Origin: Octopus vulgaris
Taxonomy: Eukaryota
Direction of reading: 5' to 3'
DNA: 64,000 bases
Assembly (NCBI GenBank): GCA_951406725.2
Contig: OX597817.1
Span: forward strand, 133,982,001-134,046,000
The position numbers and the translations under genes were made by a program. Under the pieces are notes generated by a model. It saw nothing but the letters and a program-made list of their open reading frames with translations. It made no database searches and had not been told where the DNA came from. Shown piece by piece: positions 1 to 10,467 of this stretch; the stretch's first letter is position 1; the number at the start of each line of letters is the position of its first letter.

Positions 1-1171
1 ACTCCCGCTTACTTGAAGAGGAACGTAACGAGATGCCGCAGCATATTACAGGAACATGAGAGAAAATCGATGTAATTAATTTGATAGGTGTAATTAATCT
101 TGCTAGTGGAGAAAGACGGTGTATTTTAGATGTTTGGATCATTTTAATTACTTGTACAACCTGTAAATGAGTGATATCATATTTGGGAACTATATTCAAA
201 TTTATCTTGTAACAAGCATTATATACTGTATTACGTTACATAAGTATAGACAAATCCAACTCTATTACACATATTATGTAGCACCAAACAAATGGTATGA
301 GATATGCAGCTTATTACTTTGGCGTATTCGTAATCATCGCAAGATGTGTTTGATGAAACGAATAAAAATTATGTGAAATAGAAGAATCTAAAAAGGAAGA
401 CATCTACAATAATTTTTCGAAAGGATGATATGACGTTTGACAATGAAGAAATATGGGGGGAAATTTGTAGTTTTCTGGCTTTTGCTTCACTTCGTTTCGG
501 CACAAAATATTACTTATTTCGAAGACTTCCATATTGAATGAATAATTTAAAAGATGCTTCCATACTTCAGGTCTTTCCAATTTAATTACACCGCTTTACT
601 TCATTAACTTCAGCACATAAAATTAATTACGCTGCTTTCTTCTCATTTTACTTATATTTCATACGACCCACGGCCCACGTAAGGAGAAATATTACTGGGA
701 TAATTTCATTATGGTAAATAATTAATTGACTTCTAAAATAGCACACACACACACACATACACACACTCACAAACACACACACACTCACTCACAAACACAC
801 ACACAAACACACACACACTCACTCACAAACACACACACAAACACACACACACATATATAAACACATTGAAGATATATTCTTTCTGACTTCACTGATGCCT
901 CTGCTTAATGTTATCGAATATAATATTATTTCGTTTATATGTTGTATCAATCGTAAATATTGATGATTTCCTAATTTGCACAGTATATTATGCCAAATTT
1001 TGTCCCAATAAATGTCTGTTACGATATAAAATATGGATCGACTTCACATTTTTGTTTACAATAATTAGAATTTTCGTATTCAGTTTTGGCTTCGATCGCT
1101 CATAATTACGTTAATAGCATAAATAAGTTTACTTTATTTATCTAAACTCACAAGTTGATTTACTTTTGCAG

Positions 1172-1557
1172 TTATCTGTTACTGTCGTTAAAGGACCCAA
1201 TAATACAACACTATCAAAATATATCAACGTTGTACGTCAACAACGAAACTTTGATATCTGCTATCGTATGTCAGAACTTCGTTCACCTTCCTATGGAAAA
1301 TGAAATTATTTAGTCACGGCTTTAATGGTTGGTCCTTACCACATGACCGCAGTTTCAAAAATAATTAAATACTGATCTATAGAAACTTACCAACAACGGT
1401 GCCTTTTCCTAGATTCCTTTTCTTCATACCAAACTTTGCACCTTTCTAGTAATTTGAGGTGGTCAATGATACAGAATCTTTTCTGATCTTCAGCGTTCAA
1501 TATTCCATTTTACAATTATGATGAGCATCTTTGACCCAGGACGCGTTCGCTTGGTTA
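1172..1557 (+). pseudogene. Beta-tubulin pseudo-exon, copy A ([10 protein letters not shown] to DPRHGRYL region)
   Basis: After the acceptor ttttgcag at 1171, broken frames read LSVTVVK.PNNTTLS / YVNNETL.DICYRM.ELRSPSYG / VPFPR..FFIPNFAP / DLQRSIFHFTIMMSIFDPGRVR. These are colinear with beta-tubulin [72 protein letters not shown]. Stops and frameshifts are present, and a SINE interrupts it at ~1555. Confidence 0.85.
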
Positions 1558-1750
1558 ACGCGCCGGGGAAAATGCTTAGCAGTATTTCATCTGTCTTTAT
1601 GTTCTGAGTTCAAATTCCACTGAGGTCTATTTTGCCTTTCATCCTTCAAGATCGATAAAATAGCCATCAGTTGATCACTGGGTCCGATGTAAAAGACTTA
1701 TTCCTTCGTCCGAATTTGCTGGCCTTGTGTCAAAATTGAAACTAATATCA
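1555..1750 (+). mobile_element. SINE family 1 copy
   Basis: Contains gaaaatgcttagcagtatttc..ctgagttcaaattcc..gcctttcatcctt..gatgtaa; matches many other copies in the window. Confidence 0.85.
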
Positions 1751-2079
1751 CGAACTAATTTCCTTTGTCATGGACGATCGATTTTTGTAATTTCTCTCAT
1801 CATTTTCCTGGTTCATTAAAATTTTTCTTATGTCAGTTAGAATATCATATTAAGTAGGAATGTCCAATTTTCAGTCCAGAAAGTATTTAACATCCATTAT
1901 TTTATAACAAACGGTGGTTTATTTTTTATAATTACTGAAGGTTGTAGGTATGAAATTTTCGTTCCAATTTCATCAACCCCGTTTGTTGTTGAGCTCAGTC
2001 TCAAAATATGATTGTTAGTATTTTCCAGTATCCAGAAAGAAAATACTTAAAGCATTAAAAATCATTGTCAAGTTTTCAA

Positions 2080-2230
2080 GTTTGTCACTGCCATACGAAA
2101 ATAGCAAACAATAAATTTTGTGGACACAGCGAAGCTTTGTTAATCTATAATAAACAAACAAATTAATTAACAAAACGCACTCTCAGCAGTGCTGATTAAA
2201 ATAAAGCTGTGTTTCATTATATTTATGCTT
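2080..2230 (-). repeat. Left arm of a dispersed ~150-bp inverted repeat (partner at 3405-3550)
   Basis: Reverse complement cataaatataatgaaacacagctttattttaatcagcactgctgagagtg..aaaatttattgtttg..atggcagtg aligns with 3405-3550. Confidence 0.85.
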
Positions 2231-2274
2231 TCGAATCTAATACAACTTTAATAGATCAACACTTTATACTTAAC

Positions 2275-2595
2275 GTGTTTATATTTACATTTGACGGAAT
2301 TTTTGTCTCATTTTGTTTGTTGCTTTTAACCACCACCCTATATGCCCATGGACGATTATGAAGTGAATTTTAGAGCTTATAAATCTAATATTTTCCTATC
2401 CTTCCTTTATACCGGTTCCCATATACTACCCATATCTGCGCTCGGTCTGCTTAGGAGGTTTTCAAACCTAGCATATGTGCCGCCTCTTTTAGTTTTCCTA
2501 TTTTCCAATTGTGTTCTCTGTCTATTATTTTAACTTCATCCCACAGGGATGTAAATAATGTACATAACTCCTCATCTCTCAAATATAGAACTGTG
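2275..2595. repeat. Decayed remnant of the fold-back tRNA/HHR element
   Basis: Contains the left-arm piece atttacatttgacgga..ttttgtttgttg, the centre-like ttaaccacc..tatatgcccatgg, and the right terminus tgtaaataatgtacataa..aatatagaactgt, matching 47082-47538 and 12677-12938. Confidence 0.65.
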
Positions 2596-2611
2596 TTATA
2601 TTTTTGTAAAG

Positions 2612-2820
2612 TGGCGAGCTAGCAAAATTGGTATGCTGCCGGAAAAAATTGTTGAGCGGTTATTTGTCCAACTTTACGTTGTGAATTCAAATGCCGCGGC
2701 AGTCGACTCTACCTTTCCTCATTTTAGGGTCGATAAAACAAGTCCTGTTGAACACTGGGGTTCGATGTAATTGACTTAATCCTTTCCTCGAAATTGCTGA
2801 CCTGTTGCCAAAATTTCTAA
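2612..2820 (+). mobile_element. SINE family 1 copy
   Basis: Contains ggcgagct..aattcaaatgccgc..gtcgact..gtcgataaaa..cactggggttcgatgtaa. Confidence 0.8.
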
Positions 2821-3404
2821 TCCATACTTTCGTAGCACGAATGGATCAGTGAAGGGTTTTTTTGTATAAAGGTGAGTGGTTATATTTTTGGTGATAGTTA
2901 TTTTAAATGTTAATTTCTTTTTACTGTAATTTCGGGGTGGGGGTGAGTTATTGCTGATGAAGAAAACTCTGTAGAAAGTTTTTGATGGTCGCTGGTTGAG
3001 TGGATCGGAGGCAAAAGAGAAATATGTATTCTACAGAATTATGTGCTCCGTTATATGGAGAAAGGATCAGCCAAATGCATTCATGTCAAGTCCACAAAAC
3101 ACAGAAAAATACGCTTTTCTTTTGTGGACGCTCATGACTGCCCTTGTTCATTAAGTGAGACGGCGTAATTACGTAATTAGGAAATAAAATATATAAAACC
3201 AATTATAATGATTTATATGAAAATGTTCTACTGATTGATCGTTATTAATTTAAAATGATAATACGAGGATCTTCATTCCTTTGTTTGAGGGTGCGTACAA
3301 TTATGTTTAACACGTTTGTTTACACCCAAACTTGGAAAGACCTTCACTGTTGTAACTGGCTAGGAAGAGAAAATCTCCTTATACACAGTTTGTACGAGGT
3401 GTGG

Positions 3405-3550
3405 GAACATAAATATAACGAACACAGCTTTATCTTAATCACCACTGCTGAGTGTGACTTTTGTTAATTAATTGGTTTATTTATAATTGATTAGCAAAGC
3501 TTTGCCGTCTCCAGAAAATTTATTGTTTGTCGTTTACGCATGGCAGTGGC
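3405..3550 (+). repeat. Right arm of the dispersed inverted repeat (third partial copy at ~3640-3700)
   Basis: See 2080-2230. Confidence 0.85.
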
Positions 3551-3857
3551 GAGTCTTAATGGGTTATGAACAACAACATATTCGATGTATGTCGCTGGTG
3601 AAGCTTAATGACGCAGAAACACATTCTATACAAGCACAAGTTAAATATAAATGGAAACAGCTTTAATTTTATCATTACTGTTTAATGTGACTTTAATTGA
3701 TCCTAAAATATATTTTCAACACTACAAACATTATCTGCTATAGTACTCAATACACTGGATTGAGTCGTTAACAGCCCAACTTTGAGCGAAACTTAAAATC
3801 AACTGTTATGTCACGAAATACATAAAATATGAACGTAACGGGTGGGTGTGCTTTTAG

Positions 3858-4075
3858 ATTGTTAAAATATTTCTTGCGCGATTTTAATTGATTCAATTTT
3901 AACACAAGGTCTCTGGCCAAATCACGTGCCAGACAAATACATCTTCAAAATCAATATTAAAGTTTTCAATTAAAGTTTTAATTTAAATTTAACGCATCTA
4001 AATAAATAGATCTTTGTATTTAACCTCGTTGAAGTTTGTAAATTACACGGCTTCGTCTCCTGTTGACTCGCCATT
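3858..4075 (+). pseudogene. Heavily decayed beta-tubulin pseudo-exon, copy B
   Basis: After ttttag (3857) it reads KYFLR.ILID (KYVPRAILVD), GQI..PDKYIF (GQIFRPDNFVF) and EVCKLHGF (ESCDCLQGF), in the correct order across frameshifts. Confidence 0.55.
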
Positions 4076-4674
4076 CATCTGAATCGTTTATTATCAATGG
4101 ATTTAGATCAAACTGATGCAAAACAGGAATTTTTAAATTAAAAATACGGAGACAAAAATTTAATATCTAAAATACAATTAATAGAAAACTTCATTTATTT
4201 TCGCATTATGTAACAGAATTGATAATAAATATTAATAGTATTGCCATATTCTTTTGTAGATACGATAAAAATATAACTTATTGACGCATTAACAGTATTT
4301 TGCTTCAATCTTTTATTGTGTTAAAGAAGATATTAAGAGACTTTAGTCAATATTGTAACTAAAATATGTAAACGGCGTGTTATATATACAGAGTGCAAGG
4401 GGCATTTGAAGAGACATAAAAGTTTTTATTCCTTCAGATCTCCCATAGCAAAAAAATTGCCAATATACGAAATGATGAAAATAAATGCAGTCTTTGTTTC
4501 CATGAATGTTGCGTGAGCATATATGTACGCAAAGTTCGGATGGAATCGGAAGCCTCTCGCAGGAATAATTCAGCTGTGTCAAAGAAAGAAAAACTTTATA
4601 AACGTTGGGACGCTATATTCAGACTGCAGTTTATTAAATGAACTCAAACCATTATCTATAATGATCCCGCTCAA

Positions 4675-4988
4675 TTAATCCTTTCTACTATAGGTACAAG
4701 GCCTGAAATTCTTGGGGAGGAGACTAGTCGATTACATCGACCCCAGTGTTTCACTAGTGCTTAGTTTATCGACCCCTGAAAGGATGAAAGGCAAAGTCGA
4801 CCTCTGCGGAATTTGAACTCAGAACGTATCGGCAGACAAAATACCTATTTCTTTACTACCCACAAAGGGCTAAACACAGAGGGGACAAACAAGGACAGAC
4901 AAACGGATTAAGTCGATTATATCGACCCCAGTGCGTAACCGCTAAGCATTTCGCCCGGCGTGCTAACGGTTCTGCCAGCTCGCCGCTC
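4675..4988 (-). mobile_element. SINE family 1, with a second copy nested inside
   Basis: Body gtcgattacatcgacccc..ggaatttgaactcagaacgta is interrupted at ~4845 by a second 3' tail (ctatttctttactacccac..), then resumes at cgctaagcatttcgcccggcg. Confidence 0.9.
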
Positions 4989-4989
4989 T

Positions 4990-5630
4990 CATGCTGGGAA
5001 ATTAATGAGAACTATCGTCAAACAATTTCAGTTGTTGGAGTGGACTGTCAGGGCTGTGGTACATGAAGACATTCGATACAAGAAAAAACGTTGGATCAGT
5101 ACCGAGCAGTTACTTACGAAGGTTACAAAACCTTCACAATTATGGCAGGTTCTGGTTCTTCTTTCATGAGAAAAAACTTCGACCAAGACTAAAAGTCTAG
5201 CAGGAAGAGTAATAAATGATTATTTAAAAATTCTTCTGATTTCCCCAGGGTGATGCACTCTGAATTTCAGCGACTGAAATGGTTTTAAGGTTGGTAACAA
5301 CTGTCGTGTCATGTCACCTCACATCTTTCTGTAGGGTCTTAGAATTAATTCTGCCAGATATATTGAGGTGCTGGAGGCAGTTGTTAAACCCTAGATGGCT
5401 GAAGTACGTATTTCACCAAAATTCAGCACATTCTCACAAAGCCCACGTGACCCAAAAATGAATGTCAAACAATCTTCCTGGTCATGTAGCGCTCCACTTG
5501 TGGCTTCCAAACACCAGATCGCAATCCCATGGACTACAACGTTTAGAGTGTTGTTGAAAGGATACTAATCGATAGCCTCCCATTACATGGCTTCACTGAA
5601 GGCTGACTTTACAATTGTGATCCGAATTGC
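4990..5630 (+). mobile_element. Decayed Tc1/maT-like transposase fragment
   Basis: Fragments TVRAVVHEDIRYK, EKNFDQD, YVFHQNSAHSHKA (QQDSAPSH) and WLPN.PDRNPMDY (WPPNSPDLNPLDY). Related to 38881-39605. Confidence 0.8.
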
Positions 5631-6159
5631 TCAACCACTAAGCGACGCACCTTCATACCAGAGCCCATATCATACAGTCTAGAAATCCTATCATAAAAGA
5701 GAGTTAAGAAAAGAGCGAGACTTCTTGGTCATTAAGAGTGATAATGAACCAGAGGAGAACGGGCAAGAAAATCTTCGTGATGGCTCCTAAAAACCTTAAC
5801 GGTACGTTTATTTGTTGTTATTAATTCGGTAATTGACAGAGTATGAAAAGCAATTGGGCTCGGTAAGAACAATAAAATGTTTTGTGTTCTGTGAGAATAT
5901 CTATGCATAACAGAAGACGAGCTGAACCTTGCATGCTCAAGATATTGGAGAAAGACTCAGACGCTCTTTCAGAAGATAGATGGAACACCTGAAGGCAATA
6001 TAGGACGAAGATACGGGAACCAAATGAGCTTTTAAACCAAAATGTACAAGCTGGTTGCCAAGTTTCGTAAATTCATGTCTTGCTCTTAAATTTATTTTCG
6101 AACCCAAAGATCACGGCGTTTCCTCCTGAAAGAGGTCCTTTGCAGGTTTCAAGAACAGC

Positions 6160-6352
6160 AGTTTCGAGGGGAAAAGACCAGTGAATTTCATCCCTGCCCC
6201 CAATATTTCACTGGTACTTTATATTATCGATCCCCAAAATATGAAAGACAAAGTTGACCTCAGCGGGATTTCAAATCAGAACGTAAAAACCCAGATGAAA
6301 TGCCTCTCAGCACTTTCTCCGATGTGCTAACGATTTTAGCAGCTCACTGCTT
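6160..6352 (-). mobile_element. SINE family 1 copy (diverged)
   Basis: Contains cactggtactt..atcgatcccc..atgaaagacaaagttgacctcagcgg..tcagaacgtaaa..tgctaacgatt. Confidence 0.8.
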
Positions 6353-6746
6353 TTGAAAAGTTATTCTACACATTGCTATTTACGGTAGAATCAGTTGAGA
6401 GATTTTTAGACTATGAAAAGTTCATCGAGAACTTCGTGAAGAGGGCGATGACAACAGCTTGTAGGACTTAATCCGTTCTCACTTAAAATCGAGAGCGATC
6501 TTCAGGAGAGGAATGATCTCAGTGAAATAAGAATAATAATATTTGCTTTGAAAAAGGCACGAAAATAATTTTTTGATTAATTATGAGAATTTTCAATATT
6601 GCATTAATGAACTCTTAATGAAATAATAATATTTTAAATGTATTTAAGCTTTCAATAATTTTTCAATTAATTGGACAAATGTTAACATTATTTTGTTATT
6701 TTGTAAAAACAGTGTTTATTGTTGGTGCTAAAGGCCATTGGCCATA

Positions 6747-6807
6747 GGTAACTTCCCGACGAAAATCGACTCTTTAAGTGACTTGAAATATTGCTAGAAT
6801 TGTTACC
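6747..6807 (+). ncRNA. Degenerate type I hammerhead-like motif
   Basis: ggtaac-ttc CCGACGA aaatc..gactt GAAA tattgc TA gaa-tt-gttacc. Stems I and II pair; core has U4C and stem III is imperfect. Confidence 0.45.
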
Positions 6808-7399
6808 AATTCAGAGCTTCCAACAGCTTGGTCGTTTGAACTTTTACCAAGAGACAAGCCCCGGGGTTCACCGCTCCATTCGGCAATCCTGTACATACAT
6901 ATACATTTCAACATAATATATGTATGTAAATGTGTGTGTATTTATGTATTTGAGTAAACACTTGCCGAAATGCAAGAAATTAAACAACAAATAGCTTACA
7001 AATTACAGAATTTTCTCAAGAAAGCCAAGAGAAAAAGATGTTTTATAAACACATTCTACCAGTATACGAAGTTGAAAAGTTTTTAGCTACGAAGAAATTA
7101 TTTTAAAAATCTGCCAGTCAAAGCGAAAAGATCCCCATTGTATTTTGTGAAAGATAGGCACACGATTATTTCAAGAATTCTAGGGGGAAAAAAAACATCA
7201 GATGACTTCGACAGGATTCGATCTCAGAACATTTGTCCTACGGTATATCAATTCATCCAATCTACATTCCACGAGTGAGTTGAAAATACTCGCAAAAATC
7301 TCGTATGCAAATTCTGCATCGTTCTGAATAAGGAACAATTGCAATATCTCTATAAATAGCGAGTTTTGTCTCGAGTTTTTTTTTACCCTGTCTGTATAA

Positions 7400-7641
7400 G
7401 GAATATATGTAATGTTAAAATGTAAATTGTAAAATTATTGTATTTTGAACTGGAATATATGTAATTGTGAAATGTACAATTGTATTTTAAACGGAACTAC
7501 GAGTTGGGGGTTCGTAAGCCGTTCCATCTCATTACATATAATTCATCTTTTACTTCATATTTTATTTTTACTTTATGTACCCCATGTCCCGTCTTGTAAT
7601 GTCCCCCTCTTCGTGGCCCCTTTGTGGGTAATAAAGAAATA
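7400..7641 (+). mobile_element. 5'-truncated LINE 3' UTR with an 18-bp target-site duplication
   Basis: tttaccctgtctgtataa occurs at 7382-7399 and 7642-7659. The insert ends in gcccctttgtgggtaataaagaaata. Confidence 0.8.
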
Positions 7642-7764
7642 TTTACCCTGTCTGTATAATTTGCGGTGGACAGTTCGACGCAATTGTTAGCTGGGAAGGA
7701 AAATCGTGGATGGTTCTGTTGTGTAAAATAATAATCAAAAGTGATTCTTAATTCTGAGAAGTTA

Positions 7765-8090
7765 TTTTCTATGAATACGCCATCAATTCTTATTTTTGTC
7801 GACTTCGAACCTTGTACAATGGATTCTATTCGTTCAGTTAATTTTTTCGAGCAAAGAAATTCAATTTTGGCTCAAAAGGAACTGGAAACAAAGCTTATTT
7901 ACACAGAAGGTGACGAATTGGTTGCTCGTGTTCCGGATGCAAAAGTTAAACATTGTGACTGTCTTCACGGCTTCCATCACTCTCTTATCAGTGGCAATGA
8001 ATGGTCTACGAAGAATTTACAAATGAAGAAACCTCCATGAAGACTATCTTGATAGCAGGAGAAACACGTCCTTTACTTTCCCCGCCAAAC
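7765..8090 (+). pseudogene. Beta-tubulin pseudo-exon, copy C (VDLEPGTMDS to SPK)
   Basis: ORF 7741-8040 contains IFVDFEPCTMDSIRS and YTEGDELVARVPDAKVKHCDCLHGFHHSL, matching ILVDLEPGTMDSVRS and YTEGAELVDSVLD..CDCLQGFQLTHSL. Followed by the donor GTAAGT at 8091. Confidence 0.9.
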
Positions 8091-8766
8091 GTAAGTAATT
8101 TATTTTTCCTTCCCACTTTCTACTTTTCATTTTCACGATATTGAATGGTGGTTTCTTTACAGGCGCTTCATTTCTTTTAGATCTCGCATCATATGTAACT
8201 TTCTTTGAATCTATTATCAGTTGTATCCTAAATTTGTGTCAAAATATGTGCTAAAAATTTTCATTTAAAAAATGTAAAATCCTCCTTGCCATATGTTGAC
8301 TTGGTAGCAAGTATTGAAGATACTGGCCTAGTGTTGATGTTATTGTCAGCATCCTTTTTGCAGTTCTTTCAAAAATATCATAAATAGCATTATAGTCGTC
8401 CTGAATTTGCTCCACACAATGTGACCGACATAATTTCTTATTTTGGAACAATATCCCGTTCTTGATATGATGCATTCTGATACATTGGCCCCAGTACTCG
8501 GTTAGTATTCTACAAACCCTGATATACTGGCGCCGCTGTCCTGCTTTCTCGTATGCAAAATTGTCTCGTTTGTCCGTGCTTTTGAGCGACACATATAATT
8601 AAGCTTTTGTAACTGAAAGACTATTTTAAGAGTTTCCAATAAATTACCACTAGGTTATAATTTGTAATTCAATCTGACATTTAATTTTGAAATATTAGCA
8701 TTTCGATGCCAGTTCTTGGTGATGTATTTCAAACTTGCCATATTAATGTCAATCGTTTCATGTAAA

Positions 8767-9075
8767 GTACTTGCTTCTGTTGTAAAACCTTATAATACGA
8801 CACTGTTAATATATGAGTGTTATACATCGATAACGGAGCTTTATATGATATCTGTTATCGTATGGTGAAACTTAGTACACGTTCTTATGGCGACCGCTCT
8901 AATGGCTGGTCTCACCGCATGGCCGAAATTTCAACGACAGTTGAGATACTGCTCCACAGAAACTTGTTTACAATATGGTGCCTTTTCCTGTTATACATTT
9001 CTTCATATCAGACTTCGTCTCCTCATCGAACAATTTGAGGTGGACAACAACACAAGACTTTGGAACTTTGCTTGT
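8767..9075 (+). pseudogene. Beta-tubulin pseudo-exon, next exon of copy C
   Basis: Reads VLASVVKPYNTTLL, YIDNGALYDICYRMVKLSTRSYGD, ALMAGLTAW.KF.RQL, MVPFP and RGGQQ. Frameshifted, and truncated by a PLE tail at ~9106. Confidence 0.9.
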
Positions 9076-9105
9076 GACAGATCTCAAACATTAAATGCTC
9101 GATAG

Positions 9106-10455
9106 AACTTCGATAGAAATTTTAAGGAGATCTGATAGTGAAAAATCTACTAAATCATAAACTAGACCTTCGTCTCTCCTGTATTCATAAGGCTACCCGC
9201 ACGAAGGACATTAAAAACCTTGTATAACAGCGCCCAACCTAGGTCCAATCTGATTTACTTCCTCTTTCGCTGACCCTTTAGCCTATCGATCTCCCCATTC
9301 GTTTCTGAGTCCTCCTAGTCTCGTTTTTAACCGCTCTTACTATACTTTGATGCTATAGAGAAGGAACTGACCATTCTATAATGTGCTGTACTCGGTATTC
9401 TGTAATAGCGACGACTATGATACTTGACCTCTAGTAACAGCCTGCACACCCTAGCCAGTTCGTTTCCATTTCTACTGGGCATGTATTCCTTACACCAACA
9501 TACAGTTTGTTGAGCAGCACTCGTTGTACAGTAGATAGAACACACTATCCAAACCTCGTACCCACAACTATTGTCTCCAGTTGCTTCACCTGATTCACAC
9601 AAAGGGGATTATACCATTCCAGTTTTAATATCATCGCTACCCGTTTAACATTCCAAACTGTTAATCCTTAGTCTACCCCCTACTGCTAGCTTCCTTTGAT
9701 ATCCGATCAGCTATCCCCCCTAACTCTGCGCTAATTATATAACCCCATCCTTGTTTAAATCATTGACACTCCTTACTGATAGGTAACACGCTACTATAGC
9801 TTTGATTCCATAAAAGTTAGATCTTATCTGATGGCCTTCGTACCAACCCCTCCTCTCAATCAATATCCACCGAATACCCTTAATTCTGTGTATCTCTGTC
9901 CCCTTTCCCTGGTCATTTGCCATTAGCTAGAGATTCCTAGACCCCGACTCTATGCCCGATTAGCTTCTATGCTTTTATTTTTTCCTTCATCCTTACGTTT
10001 GATTTATTTCTTTTCTTTTCCCCCTATCCTTAATTTGTTTTATGACCTCTCCTCACTTGCTACTGCTCTAAGCCTACTATGATAAACTCTCCTACACTCC
10101 ACTCCAGTCCACACCTATAATCTAGTCTAGCAGACTCCTTCTCACCAGAGTCATTGACCTTAAATATATTACACACTTTAAAGAATTACATTCTTAACCT
10201 AGTTGGCCAGTCTCTCATTTCATAGTTGGCCTCGATAGACTCTAGCCTTATCCCTGCTGTATTCTTAGGATATTCTTTTGTTTTGTAAAATTACTTCTCA
10301 CCTGATGATTACGGTCTTTTATATTGGAGTAAGGTTCTCATTCTTCTATTAAAAAGTTACGCAAGAAACAGCTGTAATGAGCTGATAATTACCCATCGTA
10401 TTTTATCATTCATTTGATTATAATAAACCAAGGGAATTTACGACTTGTCGGACAC
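9106..10455 (+). mobile_element. Penelope-like element 3' end (GIY-YIG C-terminus plus tail with HHR)
   Basis: IEILRRSDSENLLNHKLDLRLSCIHK fits the PLE endonuclease terminal motif IL..LLN.R.E..C.H. An HHR lies at 10297-10381. Confidence 0.7.
10297..10381 (+). ncRNA. Type I minimal hammerhead ribozyme
   Basis: ctcac CTGATGA t [long imperfect stem II] GAAAC AGCT GTA atgag. Core intact, stem III palindromic (ACAGCTGT), GUA cleavage triplet. Confidence 0.75.
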
Positions 10456-10467
10456 CCTTGAGTATAC

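Noticed and set aside
3025-3130. Possible tubulin C-terminal traces (RISQ, AFLLW)
   Set aside because: Too short and degenerate to distinguish from chance by eye.
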